Assembly: GCA_002733765.1 (NCBI GenBank)
Contig: NVWU01000007.1
Coordinates: forward strand, 157,568 to 221,567
Origin: Colwellia sp.
Lineage (GTDB): Bacteria > Pseudomonadota > Gammaproteobacteria > Enterobacterales > Alteromonadaceae
DNA length: 64,000 nucleotides
Direction: 5' to 3'
The notes beneath the pieces are model-generated. The model did no database searches and was not told the DNA's origin. It worked only from the letters and a program-made list of their open reading frames with translations. Below, in pieces: positions 9,153 to 21,380 of the stretch. Position numbers and translations under genes: made by a program. Position 1 is the stretch's first letter; every line of letters starts with the position of its first letter.

Positions 9153-11573
9153 GTGCAAGAAAACGTACTTTGGTATGAAAACTTAGGAATGGGTGATGTT
9201 GACCGTGTTGGCGGTAAAAATGCTTCACTTGGGGAAATGATTTCTAACTTAGCGAATATGGGCGTACAAGTGCCTACTGGTTTTGCTACTACATCTTTTG
9301 CTTTTAATGAGTTTTTAGAGCAAAGCGGTATTAATGAAAAAATTTATCAGCTGCTCGATGGTCTTGATGTTAGTGACTTAAAAGAATTAGCAAGGTGTGG
9401 GCAAACCATTCGACAATGGATTATTGACACGCCTTTCTTGGAAGAAATGCAAAAGGATATTAAAAGCGCTTACGCAAAATTAGCAGGAGAGTTTTCTGAC
9501 GATGCTTCATTTGCCGTTCGCTCATCTGCTACTGCTGAAGATATGCCAGATGCTTCATTTGCTGGGCAACAAGAAACTTTTCTTAACGTACGTGGCTTTG
9601 ATGCTGTAATGATCGCCATTAAGCATGTTTTTGCATCACTGTTTAATGACCGTGCTATTTCTTATCGTGTACATCAAGGTTACGACCACCGTGGTGTCGC
9701 GCTATCTGCTGGTATACAGCAAATGGTGCGCAGTGATATATCGGCTTCGGGTGTTATGTTCTCCATTGATACTGAATCAGGCTTTGAAGATGTCGTTTTT
9801 ATTACTTCTAGCTTTGGTTTAGGCGAGATGGTAGTGCAGGGTGCGGTTAATCCAGATGAATTTTATGTGCATAAGCCTACGCTTGCTAAAGGCAAACCTG
9901 CGGTTGTCCGTAGAAATATTGGTAGTAAAGCCATTAAAATGGTTTATAGCGCAGATCCATTAGAAAACCAAGAACATGGTAAGCAAGTTGAAATTGTTGA
10001 TATTGATGAACAAGACTCTAACCGTTTTTCATTAACAGATGCTGAAGTGCAAGAGCTGGCTAAACAAGCGGTGATCATAGAAAAACATTATGGTCGCCCA
10101 ATGGATATTGAATGGGCCAAAGATGGTTTAGACAATAAACTTTATATTGTACAAGCACGCCCAGAAACTGTTAAAAGTCGTGAAAGCGCCAATATCATGG
10201 AACAATTCCAAATAAATAGCCAATTACAAGCTACGGCAAAAGTTATTTGTGAAGGGCGCTCAATAGGTCAAAAAATTGGTAGTGGCACAGTTAAAGTATT
10301 AGCCTCTTTAGCTGAAATGGATAGAATCCTTCCGGGTGATGTTTTAGTAACAGATATGACAGATCCTGATTGGGAACCTATCATGAAACGCGCTTCAGCC
10401 ATTGTAACTAATCGTGGTGGCAGAACTTGTCATGCGGCTATAATTGCCCGTGAAATGGGTATTCCTGCGGTAGTTGGTTGTGGCAATGCAACTGAGATTA
10501 TTAAAGAAGGTGACGAGGTTACAGTTTCTTGTGCTGAAGGTGATACTGGCTTTATTTATCAAGGTAAGTTGGATTACACCGTTACCACTTCTGAAATTGA
10601 TGCAATGCCAGAGTTACCACTTAAAATCATGATGAATGTTGGTAATCCAGACCGAGCGTTCTCTTTTGCTAAATTACCTCATGCCGGTATCGGTTTAGCG
10701 CGTTTAGAATTTATCATTAATAAAATGATTGGTGTTCATCCAAAAGCGTTAATCAATTTTGATAGCCAGTCAGCTGACTTACAAGAGGAAATTAACGATA
10801 TTATCGCCGGTTATGAAAGTCCGATTGAGTTTTATGTTGCTAAATTGACTGAAGGAATTTCAACTCTTGCTGCTGCTTTTTCACCAGAAAAAGTAATAGT
10901 GCGTATGTCTGATTTTAAATCAAATGAATATGCGAATTTGGTTGGTGGTGAAGAATACGAGCCGGATGAAGAAAACCCTATGATTGGTTATCGTGGTGCG
11001 GCTCGTTATATTTCAACCGATTTCCGTGATTGTTTTGCACTTGAATGTGAAGCACTTAAACGTGTACGTAACGATATGGATTTAACCAATGTTGAAGTAA
11101 TGATTCCATTTGTTAGAACGCTTGAAGAAGCATCACAAGTCATTGATATTTTAGCTGAGCATGGTTTAAAGCGTGGTGAAAATGGTTTACGTATTATTAT
11201 GATGTGTGAGTTACCTTCAAATGCATTGCTTGCCGATCAATTCCTCGACTACTTTGATGGCTTCTCTATTGGTTCAAACGATTTAACTCAGCTAACACTT
11301 GGTTTAGATAGAGACTCAGGCTTAATTGCTCACTTGTTTGATGAGCGTGATCCTGCCATAAAAGCATTATTGTCAATGGCAATTAGCGCCTGTAAGAAGC
11401 GCGGTAAATATGTTGGTATTTGTGGTCAAGGGCCTTCTGATCATGAAGACTTTGCTGCATGGCTTGTAGAGCAGGGTATTGATAGCGTATCACTAAACCC
11501 TGATACGGTATTACCAACCTGGTTATACCTTGCTGAAAAACTTGCTGAAAAACTAGCTGAAAAGACAAAATAA
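9153..11573 (+). CDS. ppsA: Phosphoenolpyruvate synthase
   Basis: GTG start with GGAGA SD. '[11 protein letters not shown]' and the phosphohistidine motif '[21 protein letters not shown]'. The C-terminus carries a short LAEK x3 repeat. Confidence 0.95.
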   Translation: MQENVLWYENLGMGDVDRVGGKNASLGEMISNLANMGVQVPTGFATTSFAFNEFLEQSGINEKIYQLLDGLDVSDLKELARCGQTIRQWIIDTPFLEEMQKDIKSAYAKLAGEFSDDASFAVRSSATAEDMPDASFAGQQETFLNVRGFDAVMIAIKHVFASLFNDRAISYRVHQGYDHRGVALSAGIQQMVRSDISASGVMFSIDTESGFEDVVFITSSFGLGEMVVQGAVNPDEFYVHKPTLAKGKPAVVRRNIGSKAIKMVYSADPLENQEHGKQVEIVDIDEQDSNRFSLTDAEVQELAKQAVIIEKHYGRPMDIEWAKDGLDNKLYIVQARPETVKSRESANIMEQFQINSQLQATAKVICEGRSIGQKIGSGTVKVLASLAEMDRILPGDVLVTDMTDPDWEPIMKRASAIVTNRGGRTCHAAIIAREMGIPAVVGCGNATEIIKEGDEVTVSCAEGDTGFIYQGKLDYTVTTSEIDAMPELPLKIMMNVGNPDRAFSFAKLPHAGIGLARLEFIINKMIGVHPKALINFDSQSADLQEEINDIIAGYESPIEFYVAKLTEGISTLAAAFSPEKVIVRMSDFKSNEYANLVGGEEYEPDEENPMIGYRGAARYISTDFRDCFALECEALKRVRNDMDLTNVEVMIPFVRTLEEASQVIDILAEHGLKRGENGLRIIMMCELPSNALLADQFLDYFDGFSIGSNDLTQLTLGLDRDSGLIAHLFDERDPAIKALLSMAISACKKRGKYVGICGQGPSDHEDFAAWLVEQGIDSVSLNPDTVLPTWLYLAEKLAEKLAEKTK

Positions 11574-11616
11574 CACTTCTTATTAAGTTACCTTTCGCGA
11601 TGAATGATTAATCAAA

Positions 11617-11648
11617 ATGAGCCTTATTTAATTAGGCTCATTTTTTTT
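11617..11648 (+). terminator. Rho-independent terminator after ppsA
   Basis: Stem ATGAGCCT (11617-11624) pairs with AGGCTCAT (11634-11641), followed by a T8 run. Confidence 0.75.
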
Positions 11649-11901
11649 GTTTATAATTTATGCTCATATCATTAAATTATTACCCACTTGTATAGGTTAA
11701 TATTTTCTTAGACAGCGTTATTGTCAATGCTAATAGCCCGCTATTGAGATGACGTTTAGCTGAATAGTTGAATGTTATTATGGCTAATACGAGTGTACGA
11801 ATAGATTCACTTTTTTTAACAATTTAATAGGTAATAGGTAATATTTTCAATTTCAGTCTATTATAAAGTTATCTCTTCTAGTAACCCCCCGTAATAATAA
11901 T

Positions 11902-14004
11902 ATGAAGGACTATGTTAAATTGGTGTGTGATGATAAGTTACCTGACAAGAAGATCTTAGCCCAAAAGATCGTAGTGAATGATCCATTACATCATTTATTT
12001 GATGCTGTGGATGCTGTTGCTGTACAAGGTTACAATGAAAACCGTCAGGTTATTTATTGGAATAAAGGCAGTGAATTACTCTATGGTTACACAAGTAAGG
12101 AAGCCGTAGGAGAAAAAATTGAAGACTTAATTATTCCACAGCCAATGAAAGGTACGGTGATAGCAGGTATTAAAAACTGGATAAGTAATGGCGTAGAAAT
12201 TCCCGCTGGAGAATTAATATTACGTCGTAAAGATGGCAAAAACATTTCTGTTTATTCAAGCCATGCTCTGTTTACAAATCAATATAATCAGAAGCAAATA
12301 TATTGTATAGATATTAATTTATCTGATTTGAAACATGTTGAGGCCGAAGCTGAACTGACAGAGCACATGTTAGCGGCAACATTTGAAGTTATTCCTGATT
12401 TATTTTTTTTAATGACAGCTGATGGCACCATCATTGATTATCATGCGAGTAATAAAGCTAATTTGTATGTGTCTCCTGCAGAATTTATTGGTAGGCCTAT
12501 GACTGATATACTTCCTAGTGAAGTTGCAGATCAATTTAAATGTAATATGTTGAAAATTATCACACAAGGGGGAGTGATTAATTTTGAATATGAGCTTGTG
12601 ATGCCCCATGGCGTAATTTATTTTGAAGCAAGAATGACCTACCTCGCGGATAATAAAAAAATAATAGCTATTATTAGAGATGTCACTGAGCAACATCAGG
12701 CATCAGAATTTATTAAAATGCATGCCTATTATGACACCTTAACGCAATTACCTAATCGTTTTCTAGCCTTAGATCGTTTATCACAAATGCTTAATGAAGC
12801 TGAGCGTAATAATGAAAAAACTGCCGTGCTATTTCTTGATTTAGATGATTTTAAAAAGGTGAATGATTCATTAGGCCATGAGGTAGGTGATAAATTATTG
12901 ATTGAATCTGCAATAAGGTTAAAAAATATTGTTCGTAAAGACGATACGGTAGGACGTTTAGGTGGTGATGAATTTATAATTATATTACGTAGTTTAACGT
13001 ATGATCATAATGCTTTATTTGTCGCTGAAAATTTACTACGAAGTTTTAGAAATCCTTTTAAAATTGACGGTAGAGAACTTATTCTAACGCTCAGTATTGG
13101 TATTGCCATGTTTCCTGAAAATGGTAAAAACAGCTCTGAATTATTACGAAATGCTGATACTGCTATGTATAAAGCCAAGTCATTGGGAAGAAATACCTAT
13201 TCATTTTTTACCAAAGAAATGAATGTAAACATGTTACGCCGTTTAGAAGTTGAAGAACAAATGCACGGAGCATTAGAACGTGGTGAATTTGAAGTGTATT
13301 ATCAACCTCAAATTGACGCTATCAATAAAAAAATTATTGGCGCTGAAGCTTTACTACGTTGGTATAATCCCGCATTAGGAAACGTGACACCAGATGAATT
13401 TATTCCTATTGCAGAACACACGGGCTTAATTGTTCCTATTGGTCAGTTTGTTCTTAAACAAGCTTTATCTTTTTTAAATATTTGGCAAACAGAACAACAA
13501 ACTTCATTAAGGATTGCCGTTAATTTATCTCCACGGCAATTTAGAGATACTGAGTTATTGAATTTTATTGAAACATCGCTTACTAAAGCTAATATTACTG
13601 CGGATAAACTTGAACTTGAAATTACCGAAGGTGTACTCATGATAGGGCAAGCTTATATTGATAATGCGCTTATGAAATTACATGAACTTGGTGTTAAGCT
13701 CTCAATGGATGATTTTGGTACTGGTTATTCTTCGTTAAGTTATCTACGACAATACGCTTTTGACATACTCAAAATAGACAGAAGTTTTATTAATGGGATT
13801 ACCAGTAATAAAGCCGATTGTGATTTGGTTAAAGCCACTATTGCTATGGCACATAGTTTAGGTTTAAAGGTTGTTGCTGAAGGGGTTGAAACTAAGGAAC
13901 AATTTGAACTATTAAATCAGTTGGAGTGTGACTATCTTCAAGGTTACTATTTTAGTAAAGCTATAACCATGAAACAATTACTAGATTTTTCTGTGACGTT
14001 TTAA
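11902..14004 (+). CDS. PAS-PAS-GGDEF-EAL cyclic-di-GMP signalling protein
   Basis: 'RLGGDEFIII' (GGDEF), 'GAEALLRW' and 'DDFGTGYSSLSYL' (EAL). Two N-terminal PAS-like segments. Confidence 0.9.
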   Translation: MKDYVKLVCDDKLPDKKILAQKIVVNDPLHHLFDAVDAVAVQGYNENRQVIYWNKGSELLYGYTSKEAVGEKIEDLIIPQPMKGTVIAGIKNWISNGVEIPAGELILRRKDGKNISVYSSHALFTNQYNQKQIYCIDINLSDLKHVEAEAELTEHMLAATFEVIPDLFFLMTADGTIIDYHASNKANLYVSPAEFIGRPMTDILPSEVADQFKCNMLKIITQGGVINFEYELVMPHGVIYFEARMTYLADNKKIIAIIRDVTEQHQASEFIKMHAYYDTLTQLPNRFLALDRLSQMLNEAERNNEKTAVLFLDLDDFKKVNDSLGHEVGDKLLIESAIRLKNIVRKDDTVGRLGGDEFIIILRSLTYDHNALFVAENLLRSFRNPFKIDGRELILTLSIGIAMFPENGKNSSELLRNADTAMYKAKSLGRNTYSFFTKEMNVNMLRRLEVEEQMHGALERGEFEVYYQPQIDAINKKIIGAEALLRWYNPALGNVTPDEFIPIAEHTGLIVPIGQFVLKQALSFLNIWQTEQQTSLRIAVNLSPRQFRDTELLNFIETSLTKANITADKLELEITEGVLMIGQAYIDNALMKLHELGVKLSMDDFGTGYSSLSYLRQYAFDILKIDRSFINGITSNKADCDLVKATIAMAHSLGLKVVAEGVETKEQFELLNQLECDYLQGYYFSKAITMKQLLDFSVTF

Positions 14005-14012
14005 TCAATTAT

Positions 14013-14480
14013 TTAAGCAGTTATATTTGCAAAGGTTGCTCGACACATTGTCGCTAAATCTTGCGGTGATAACTCTATTTCTAAGCCTCGCCTGCCGCCA
14101 CTAACATAAATGTGTTGAAATTTTTCAGCACTTGCATCTATCACCGTGGTTAATAACTTTTTTTGCCCTAACGGACTAACCCCACCTAAAACATAACCAG
14201 TGCTCGCTTCAACACGGTTAGCATCAGCCATTTTTACTTTTTTTACCTTTAAGGTTTTAGCCATAGCTTTTAAGTTTAATTTAAACATAACGGGCACTAT
14301 AGCAACGGCCAAATGATTGGTGTCAGTGCAAATTACTAGTGTTTTAAATACTTGCTCAGCATTTAGGGATAATTTCTCTACTGCTTCAACACCAAATGAT
14401 TGAGAATTCGTATCATGTTGATATTGATGTGTTGAAAAAATTTTTTTTTGCTGTTTAAGTTGATTTATTGCCGGTGTCAT
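14013..14480 (-). CDS. ybaK: Cys-tRNA(Pro)/Cys-tRNA(Cys) deacylase
   Basis: Collinear with E. coli YbaK ('STGY.LGG.SPLGQKK', 'IYVSGG.RGL.IEL'). Confidence 0.9.
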   Translation of the reverse strand: MTPAINQLKQQKKIFSTHQYQHDTNSQSFGVEAVEKLSLNAEQVFKTLVICTDTNHLAVAIVPVMFKLNLKAMAKTLKVKKVKMADANRVEASTGYVLGGVSPLGQKKLLTTVIDASAEKFQHIYVSGGRRGLEIELSPQDLATMCRATFANITA

Positions 14481-14583
14481 TGCTATTTTTTAACCCTCAA
14501 TTATTGTTAATATTTAATGGTTTATTTATCCTAATCAGGTAGAATTATCAACCAATTATTTCTTAAGGTGCTCTTTAGCCTTT

Positions 14584-15876
14584 ATGCGCATTATTCACAC
14601 TTCTGATTGGCATTTAGGTCAATACTTCTATGGTAAAAGCCGAGCAAATGAGCATCAGCAATTTTTAACTTGGTTGATATCACAAGTTAAACGTTACGAT
14701 ATTGATGCCATTATTGTTGCGGGTGACATTTTTGACACCGCCACGCCGCCAAGTTATGCCAGGCAAATGTACTTTAATTTTATCAGTAAAATACAATCAC
14801 TTGATTGCCAACTGGTTATTTTAGCAGGTAATCATGACTCTGTAAGTATGTTAGCTGAATCGAAAGAATTATTAAGTGCTTTATCCACTCGCGTGATCGC
14901 TAATGTGAGTGATTTAGAAAACAATGATAATTTGGCTGAACAAGTATTTATTCTAAAAAATAACCACCAAGAACCCAAAGCAGTGATTTGTGCGGTGCCA
15001 TTTATTCGTCCGCGTGATGTTATTAAAAGTCAGCAGGGGCAATCAGCAAATGATAAATCTAAAAGCTTACAACAAGCCATTGTTGAGCATTATCAAACCT
15101 TATTTGAACATGCACAGCAACTGGTAAAAGACAGTAAACTTGCGTTACCTATTATTGCCACTGGGCACTTAACTGCTTTGGGTGTTACTAGTTCAGATTC
15201 AGTGCGAGATATTTATATTGGCACGTTAGAAGCCTTACCCAGTAATGCTTTTCCAGCCGCAGATTATATTGCTTTAGGTCATATACATCGTGCGCAAAAA
15301 GTCGGTAAAACGGAACATATTCGTTATTGTGGCTCACCTATCGCGTTAAGTTTTGATGAAGCGACACACGATAAACGAGTATTACTGGTTGATTTTACAG
15401 ATAATAACTTAACTTTAGTGACATCTCTCATTGTGCCATGTTTTCAACCATTAGCGATGGTAAAAACTAGCTTAGCTAAACTTAGCCAAGCGGTTGAAAA
15501 GCTGCTAGCGGAGCTAAACTTCAGTCAAGAAAATAGTCAAAAGCTTTGGTTAGATATTGAACTAGTTGATAGCGACCGTTTAAGTGATTTACAGTCAAGA
15601 ATAACAACACTGGTAGAAAATTTTCCCGTTGAAATATTATTAGTTAGACGTGCTAAGCAAATACGTCAGCAATTAATGCAAGCACAACAAGATAACAGCA
15701 CACTAAGTGAACTTACTCTTGATGAAGTATTCTCTTCACGTTTAAATCAGGAAGAATACTTTAGTCATGGGGGTGAAAGCTCAAATGAAGCCGAAAAGCG
15801 TGATGAACATAAGAAAAGACTGCAAACCTTGTTCAAGCAAACGGTCGCGCAAGTTTTAGCTAAGGGAAGCGCTTAA
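14584..15876 (+). CDS. sbcD: Exonuclease SbcCD, nuclease subunit D
   Basis: Mre11-type phosphoesterase motifs '[10 protein letters not shown]', 'AGDIFD', 'GNHDS', 'GHIH'. Confidence 0.92.
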   Translation: MRIIHTSDWHLGQYFYGKSRANEHQQFLTWLISQVKRYDIDAIIVAGDIFDTATPPSYARQMYFNFISKIQSLDCQLVILAGNHDSVSMLAESKELLSALSTRVIANVSDLENNDNLAEQVFILKNNHQEPKAVICAVPFIRPRDVIKSQQGQSANDKSKSLQQAIVEHYQTLFEHAQQLVKDSKLALPIIATGHLTALGVTSSDSVRDIYIGTLEALPSNAFPAADYIALGHIHRAQKVGKTEHIRYCGSPIALSFDEATHDKRVLLVDFTDNNLTLVTSLIVPCFQPLAMVKTSLAKLSQAVEKLLAELNFSQENSQKLWLDIELVDSDRLSDLQSRITTLVENFPVEILLVRRAKQIRQQLMQAQQDNSTLSELTLDEVFSSRLNQEEYFSHGGESSNEAEKRDEHKKRLQTLFKQTVAQVLAKGSA

Positions 15877-18800
15877 TGAAAATATTGCGATTACGATTCG
15901 AGAATATTAACGCCTTGAAAAATGCTTGGCTGCTAGATTTTACCCAAGCGCCTTTCGATACTAACGGCTTATTTGCTATAACAGGGGCAACAGGGGCAGG
16001 AAAAACCAGTATTCTTGATGCTATTTGTTTAGCGCTATACCATGAAACACCGCGGATAAAAGTATCAGCCAGTCAAAATCAGTTAATGACACGCTTTAGT
16101 GCTAACTGTATGGCAGAAGTAGAATTTGAAGTAAAAGGGCAAGTATATCGGGCATTTTGGAGCCAAAAGCGGGCTCGTAATAAAGCTGATGGCAATTTAT
16201 TAGCGCCAGTAGCACAACTGTCTTTGTTAAATTCTGATCATGTAAATGCGGATGATACGAGTGGAATTATCATTGCGGAAAAGTTAAAAGAGGTAAAAGC
16301 TAAAATAGCGCAAATCACCGGTTTAAACTTTGCTCGTTTCACTAAGTCGATGATGTTATCACAAGGTGAGTTTGCCGCTTTTTTAAATGCGGAAGCTAAT
16401 GATAGAGCACAACTGTTAGAACAATTAACTGGTACCGAAATATACGGTGAACTCTCTAAACAAGTTTTTGAAAATCATAAAGCGGCTGAAAAGTCGTTGC
16501 AGCTGTTACAAGCACAAGCGCAAGGCGTTAGTTTGTTGACGGAAGATGAGTTTGTTACTTTACAAGAACAAGTGGTGGCGTATGAACAAACCAGTGAGCA
16601 AATAGCATTAGAACAAGTAAGTTTCACTACGGTAAAAAGTTGGCAATTATTGAAGGCAGCTCAGAGTAAACTATTAACACAAATTGATGCGCTGTCGGCA
16701 CAAAATCAGCAAGTGCAGCAGCAAGTTATCACCAGCCAATCAGTTATTGACGAACACTTGATTGTTCAAGAGCAACAGCAAGCTCAGTTTCAACTTATTG
16801 AAAACAAACTTATTGATGACATTATACCGCTTGATAGTGATATTGTTCATATTACTGCGCAATTGAATAACCTTGCTCAGCAAGTCGATTCTCAAGCTAA
16901 AACCTTAAAAATAACACAAGAAAAACAGCAGAAAACACAAGCGCAGAAACAACTATTATCAGCTGAAATTTCACAAATACAAAGTTACCTAACAGAAAAC
17001 CAAGCATTGATGAGCGTTAAAGAGAAGTTGCCGTTATGGGATAATCAAGTCAGTCAATTAGCTCAATTAAAGACTACGGTTGCAGCAAAAAAACAGCAGT
17101 TAGTTTCAGCCGACAAATTGACTGAACGTTATATTATTAAACAAAATCAACAACAAAAATCACTTAAAGATAATCAACAGCAACGACAAACGCTACAACA
17201 GCAAACAACTGCGCTTGCTATACAGCATAAGCAGCTACTTGCGCAATATAGCCCATTATTACATCAAATAGCGCTTGAACCGGTTAACGGGGAGATAACG
17301 ACTGATGCATTAAATGCAAAAGTGCATAATGCGCAAAACCAGCAAGCTAACTACTCTCAAGCATTACAATTTTCTAAACGTTATGGCCGATTATTACTTG
17401 AACAAGAAAAGTTAGTTAGCCAAAAGCAGCAATTTACCTCTGAACTTACCACTTGTGGCCAGCAACTAATGGATCTACGTCAGCAGTTTACGGTGCTTAA
17501 ACAACAAAAAAGAGATGTAGAAACGTTAATCGCTCAGCAACAAACGATTATGGCACTAAGTGACCACAGAGCTAAGCTACAAGCAGAGCAAGCTTGTCCA
17601 TTATGTGGTTCTTTGGAACATCCTGCTATCAGCCAATATCAGGCAATTAATCTTGATGAACATCAACAGCGTTTGCATACGGTAACCGCTGAATTAGAGC
17701 AGTTAGAATTGCAAGGCAAAGAACTTGGTAAGCACGAAAGTCAGTTAACTAGCACTTTACAAGTCAATAAAGAAACGACGCAAACGATAGCGATAGAACA
17801 AGCAGAGTTGCTAACTAATTTTGCCCAATTGGCACTACCAGAATCACTCAACTTAGCTTTGCCTAACATTGAAAAAACACAACAAACATACAATATAAAC
17901 CTTTTGCAAGTAGAGCAGCTGAACCAACTTTATGCTGGAGTTAGTCAAAGCAACCAACAAAGCTTAGCGACAAAGCAACAATTACAACAAGTAACACAAA
18001 CGTTAGATAAAGCACAACATCAAGCGGCATTAATAGCAGAAAAACTAAAGTTCAGTCAACTCGATAATGCTGAGCAAATTAAGGTGCTAAACCAGTTACA
18101 ACTTGATGTTAGTCAAATTGAAACTATGTTGTTAGAAGATATCACTTTGATGCAGATTAGTCGTTTTTTAACTAAAGATAGCAACAATCCTGATTTTTTC
18201 AATTCAAGTATCTGGCTAGAAGAACTCGATCAGCAAGTGACTTTGTTTACACAAACTTCCGCCAAGTTAGTACCGCTTTCAACTCACTCATCTACCGTAG
18301 ATAAAGAGGATGTTTTACTGATTGAACAGGACAAGCAAGTCACAGCACACCTAGCCACGCTAACACAACAATCAATAACGTTAAATAAACAGTTACAGTC
18401 AAAAACAAAGTTACGTGTTACTCTGTTTTTTGATATGGGTTATATAGATACGGATAGTCAGTCTGCTGATTTTATTAGAAAAAACATAAAAGAAGCACAA
18501 CTCAGCCTAAAAGATAAGTTAATAACTTTACAAGCGATACACCAAACAGATGAAGCGCAATCACAGCAACTTTTAGGTCAAGAAAAACGAGCCAAAGAGC
18601 AACTAAATGACATTAAAATAGAAATTGAGCAAGCTGATAAGTTAGTGACGTTATCAGTTGAAAAAAGTCACGGTGACTTACAGGAATTACAAGTATCTGA
18701 TTTGTCGATGTTAGATGAGAAACTGAAAATCTCAACAGAAAAGTTAAAACAAATTCAATTACAAATTGGCAAACTTCAACAAGCGATTAACGCCGATAAA

Positions 18801-19373
18801 CAAAATAAAATGAAGCAACAAGGCCTATTAATTCAGATAACTGATGAACAAACAGCCTTAGATGATCTGGCTTATTTAACACGCTTAATCGGCTCAGCTG
18901 ATGGCGCTAAATTTAGAAAGTTTGCCCAAGGTTTAACCCTTAATCATTTAGTGTATTTAGCCAACGAACAACTCAATAAACTCGATGGTCGTTATCAATT
19001 ACAGTGTCAGCCAAATGAAACGTTAAGTCTATCGGTACTCGACACATGGCAGGGCGATAGTGTTCGCGATACTAAAACGCTTTCTGGTGGCGAGAGCTTT
19101 TTAGTCAGTTTGGCATTGGCGTTAGCATTGTCAGATTTGGTTAGCAGTAAAACCAGTATTGATTCACTATTTTTAGATGAAGGCTTTGGTACATTAGATA
19201 ACGACACTTTAGAGATTGCCTTAGACGCATTAGATAACTTAAATGCTACAGGTAAGATGATTGGTATTATTAGTCATGTCGAAGCATTGAAAGAGCGGAT
19301 AGCGGTGCAAATTAAAGTAGAAAAACAAAGTGGTTTAGGGGTTAGTTGTTTAGATAAGCAATTTGCGGTGTAA
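15876..19373 (+). CDS. sbcC: Exonuclease SbcCD, ATPase subunit C (Rad50-like)
   Basis: TAATG coupling to sbcD. Walker A 'GATGAGKTS', zinc hook 'CPLCGS', signature '[15 protein letters not shown]', Walker B '[11 protein letters not shown]'. Confidence 0.92.
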   Translation: MKILRLRFENINALKNAWLLDFTQAPFDTNGLFAITGATGAGKTSILDAICLALYHETPRIKVSASQNQLMTRFSANCMAEVEFEVKGQVYRAFWSQKRARNKADGNLLAPVAQLSLLNSDHVNADDTSGIIIAEKLKEVKAKIAQITGLNFARFTKSMMLSQGEFAAFLNAEANDRAQLLEQLTGTEIYGELSKQVFENHKAAEKSLQLLQAQAQGVSLLTEDEFVTLQEQVVAYEQTSEQIALEQVSFTTVKSWQLLKAAQSKLLTQIDALSAQNQQVQQQVITSQSVIDEHLIVQEQQQAQFQLIENKLIDDIIPLDSDIVHITAQLNNLAQQVDSQAKTLKITQEKQQKTQAQKQLLSAEISQIQSYLTENQALMSVKEKLPLWDNQVSQLAQLKTTVAAKKQQLVSADKLTERYIIKQNQQQKSLKDNQQQRQTLQQQTTALAIQHKQLLAQYSPLLHQIALEPVNGEITTDALNAKVHNAQNQQANYSQALQFSKRYGRLLLEQEKLVSQKQQFTSELTTCGQQLMDLRQQFTVLKQQKRDVETLIAQQQTIMALSDHRAKLQAEQACPLCGSLEHPAISQYQAINLDEHQQRLHTVTAELEQLELQGKELGKHESQLTSTLQVNKETTQTIAIEQAELLTNFAQLALPESLNLALPNIEKTQQTYNINLLQVEQLNQLYAGVSQSNQQSLATKQQLQQVTQTLDKAQHQAALIAEKLKFSQLDNAEQIKVLNQLQLDVSQIETMLLEDITLMQISRFLTKDSNNPDFFNSSIWLEELDQQVTLFTQTSAKLVPLSTHSSTVDKEDVLLIEQDKQVTAHLATLTQQSITLNKQLQSKTKLRVTLFFDMGYIDTDSQSADFIRKNIKEAQLSLKDKLITLQAIHQTDEAQSQQLLGQEKRAKEQLNDIKIEIEQADKLVTLSVEKSHGDLQELQVSDLSMLDEKLKISTEKLKQIQLQIGKLQQAINADKQNKMKQQGLLIQITDEQTALDDLAYLTRLIGSADGAKFRKFAQGLTLNHLVYLANEQLNKLDGRYQLQCQPNETLSLSVLDTWQGDSVRDTKTLSGGESFLVSLALALALSDLVSSKTSIDSLFLDEGFGTLDNDTLEIALDALDNLNATGKMIGIISHVEALKERIAVQIKVEKQSGLGVSCLDKQFAV

Positions 19374-19406
19374 CAACCCTTTTCAAATTAAACAGGATAA
19401 ATATCA

Positions 19407-20306
19407 GTGGAAATTTGGATTTATTTCACCTTACTTGCCGCAACGATGCAAGCTGTACGTACTGCGGGGCAAAAACAACTTTCTGGTAAGCTAAACGCGA
19501 TGGCAACTACTGCGGTTAGGTATGTTTATGCCTTGCCTTTTGCCTGGGTTTATTTAGGGTGGATGTTAGATTTTAGAGAAGTTGAAGTACCTAAGCTAAA
19601 TAATGATTTTTTAACTTATGCACTTATCGCTTGTGTCACGCAGATTATCGGTACTGTTTGTTTAGTGGCGGCATTTCGATACAAAAATTTTGCTGTAGCT
19701 ACTAGTTTAGCTAAAACGGAAGCCATTCAAGTAGCCGTTGTTGGCGCACTATTATTTGCTGCCCCTTTAAGTTTTATGGGCTGGTTTAGCGTTATTGTTG
19801 GTGTTGTTGGCGTATTTATAGTCTCAAAAGTTAAATTTAATTTTCGTAACATGATGGTCGGCTCTGATGCGATGACAGGTTTATCGTTTGGTCTAGGGGC
19901 AGGGCTAGGGTTAGCCATAACCACCTTATTGATAAGAGAATCAAGCTTAGCACTTAACACAGATTTAATGGTGAGTGCGGCCGTTACTTTAGTGTTTATG
20001 ATAACGGTGCAAACTGTGCTCTCACTTGTTTATGTGTATTTTCAAGATAAATCACAGTTAGGGTTAATGTTAAAACACTGGCGTTTATGCCTGTTTGTTG
20101 GGGTAACCAGTGTATTAGGCTCTATTGGTTGGTTTACCGGTGCCAGCTTTCAAACAGCCGCTTACGTTAAAGCGCTTGGACAGGTAGAATTCTTTATCAC
20201 CTTAGCGCTGACTTACCGTTTGTTTAAAGAAAAAATAACGACTATTGAATATTTTGGTATGTTTTTAATTATATTAAGTGTAGTTATTTTGCTTTTGTGG
20301 ACGTAG
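19407..20306 (+). CDS. DMT/EamA-like multi-pass membrane transporter
   Basis: About 10 hydrophobic segments. GTG start from the ORF track. Family call by overall pattern only. Confidence 0.6.
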   Translation: MEIWIYFTLLAATMQAVRTAGQKQLSGKLNAMATTAVRYVYALPFAWVYLGWMLDFREVEVPKLNNDFLTYALIACVTQIIGTVCLVAAFRYKNFAVATSLAKTEAIQVAVVGALLFAAPLSFMGWFSVIVGVVGVFIVSKVKFNFRNMMVGSDAMTGLSFGLGAGLGLAITTLLIRESSLALNTDLMVSAAVTLVFMITVQTVLSLVYVYFQDKSQLGLMLKHWRLCLFVGVTSVLGSIGWFTGASFQTAAYVKALGQVEFFITLALTYRLFKEKITTIEYFGMFLIILSVVILLLWT

Positions 20307-20358
20307 ATAGATTAAAATGCGCGGAAATACTCATTGTTTAAAATGGAAAGAGAATAAA

Positions 20359-20853
20359 ATGAAAATCACCAATAAAACCGTTGTTCAGTTTCATTACGTA
20401 TTAAAAGATGAAGCAGGTAAAGAGTTAGAATCATCTCATGGCAACGATCCTCTTGCCTATTTACATGGCGCTAACAACACATTAGTAGGCTTAGAGAAAG
20501 CGTTAACAGAGAAAGAAGTAGGAGATAAGTTTAGTACTACATTGCAACCTGAAGATGCTTACGGTGAACGCCAAGAAGATATGATACAACGCGTACCAGT
20601 TAAACATTTAGACGGTTTACCAGGTAAAAATGCTAAATGGAAAGCAGGCATGACAGCGGTTGTTCATACTGAGCAAGGCCAGCGCCAAGTGACCGTAATC
20701 AAAACAGGTAAGTTTATGGTAACTGTAGATATTAACCCACCACTTGCCGGTAAAGTCTTAACGTTTGATATTGAAGTGATGGATGTACGTGCGGCAACCG
20801 ATGAAGAAGTTCAACATGGCCATGCTCATGGTGTCGGCGGTCATCACCACTAA
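20359..20853 (+). CDS. slyD: FKBP-type peptidyl-prolyl isomerase / metallochaperone SlyD
   Basis: 'MKITNKTVVQFHYVLKDEAGKELESS' with a His-rich tail 'HGHAHGVGGHHH'. The internal ATG at 20359 has a GGAAAGAG SD, so the 20317 start in the ORF track is probably an over-extension. Confidence 0.88.
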   Translation: MKITNKTVVQFHYVLKDEAGKELESSHGNDPLAYLHGANNTLVGLEKALTEKEVGDKFSTTLQPEDAYGERQEDMIQRVPVKHLDGLPGKNAKWKAGMTAVVHTEQGQRQVTVIKTGKFMVTVDINPPLAGKVLTFDIEVMDVRAATDEEVQHGHAHGVGGHHH

Positions 20854-21179
20854 ATCAGTTTAATAGTATTGCTTGCAAGTTGCTTTTCTTAACGAATTTT
20901 AAAAAGGCTGTTCCTATGGAGATGCAAATGTACTTGGCAGGTGATTTTGATATAAAATGTTCGACAAACTGGCAGTATTTAGTGCTCCAGTCTACTATAT
21001 AAGTAAGAAAGGATAATGATATTTCCACTCAGGATATGTGAGTGGGTGTCTATGTTAAAGGTAATTCCTTTCGGGGATCTTGTATCAGATGCATATCAAA
21101 ACAGTTTCTACGTCTCACGAGATCTATTTTAGCTCGCAAAAGATGTTGGCTAAATGTTGGCCAAACAGGAGAAACTGTC

Positions 21180-21380
21180 ATGTACAAAACTATTACAGCA
21201 ACATATACAGATAAAATTGCCCTAATAAATGTGGCTGATGAACTGGTGAATCTAAATATACCACGGGAAAATTTTTTCATCGATAAAAAAGTTTCACAGG
21301 TTAAGGTAATCTTGCCAGAGTATGCAGAATCAGAAATACTGAATATTCTTAATCGTCATGGAGCGACTGAGATTCACTAG
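21180..21380 (+). CDS. Small hypothetical protein (66 aa)
   Basis: ATG preceded by AGGAGA. The upstream part of the 112-aa ORF (from 21042) looks non-coding. I recognised no homology. Confidence 0.35.
   Translation: MYKTITATYTDKIALINVADELVNLNIPRENFFIDKKVSQVKVILPEYAESEILNILNRHGATEIH

Noticed and set aside
14584-19373. SbcCD considered as part of a novel defence locus alongside the SMC operon.
   Set aside because: It is a canonical, widely conserved sbcDC pair with all standard motifs. It lies about 8 kb from the Wadjet-like operon, separated by housekeeping genes.
21042-21179. N-terminal 46 codons of the 112-aa ORF, and the 76-aa antisense ORF at 21050-21280.
   Set aside because: The GTG-initiated extension has an Arg/Cys-rich, non-protein-like composition. 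Only the distal ATG at 21180 has an SD, and even that ORF is kept at low confidence.
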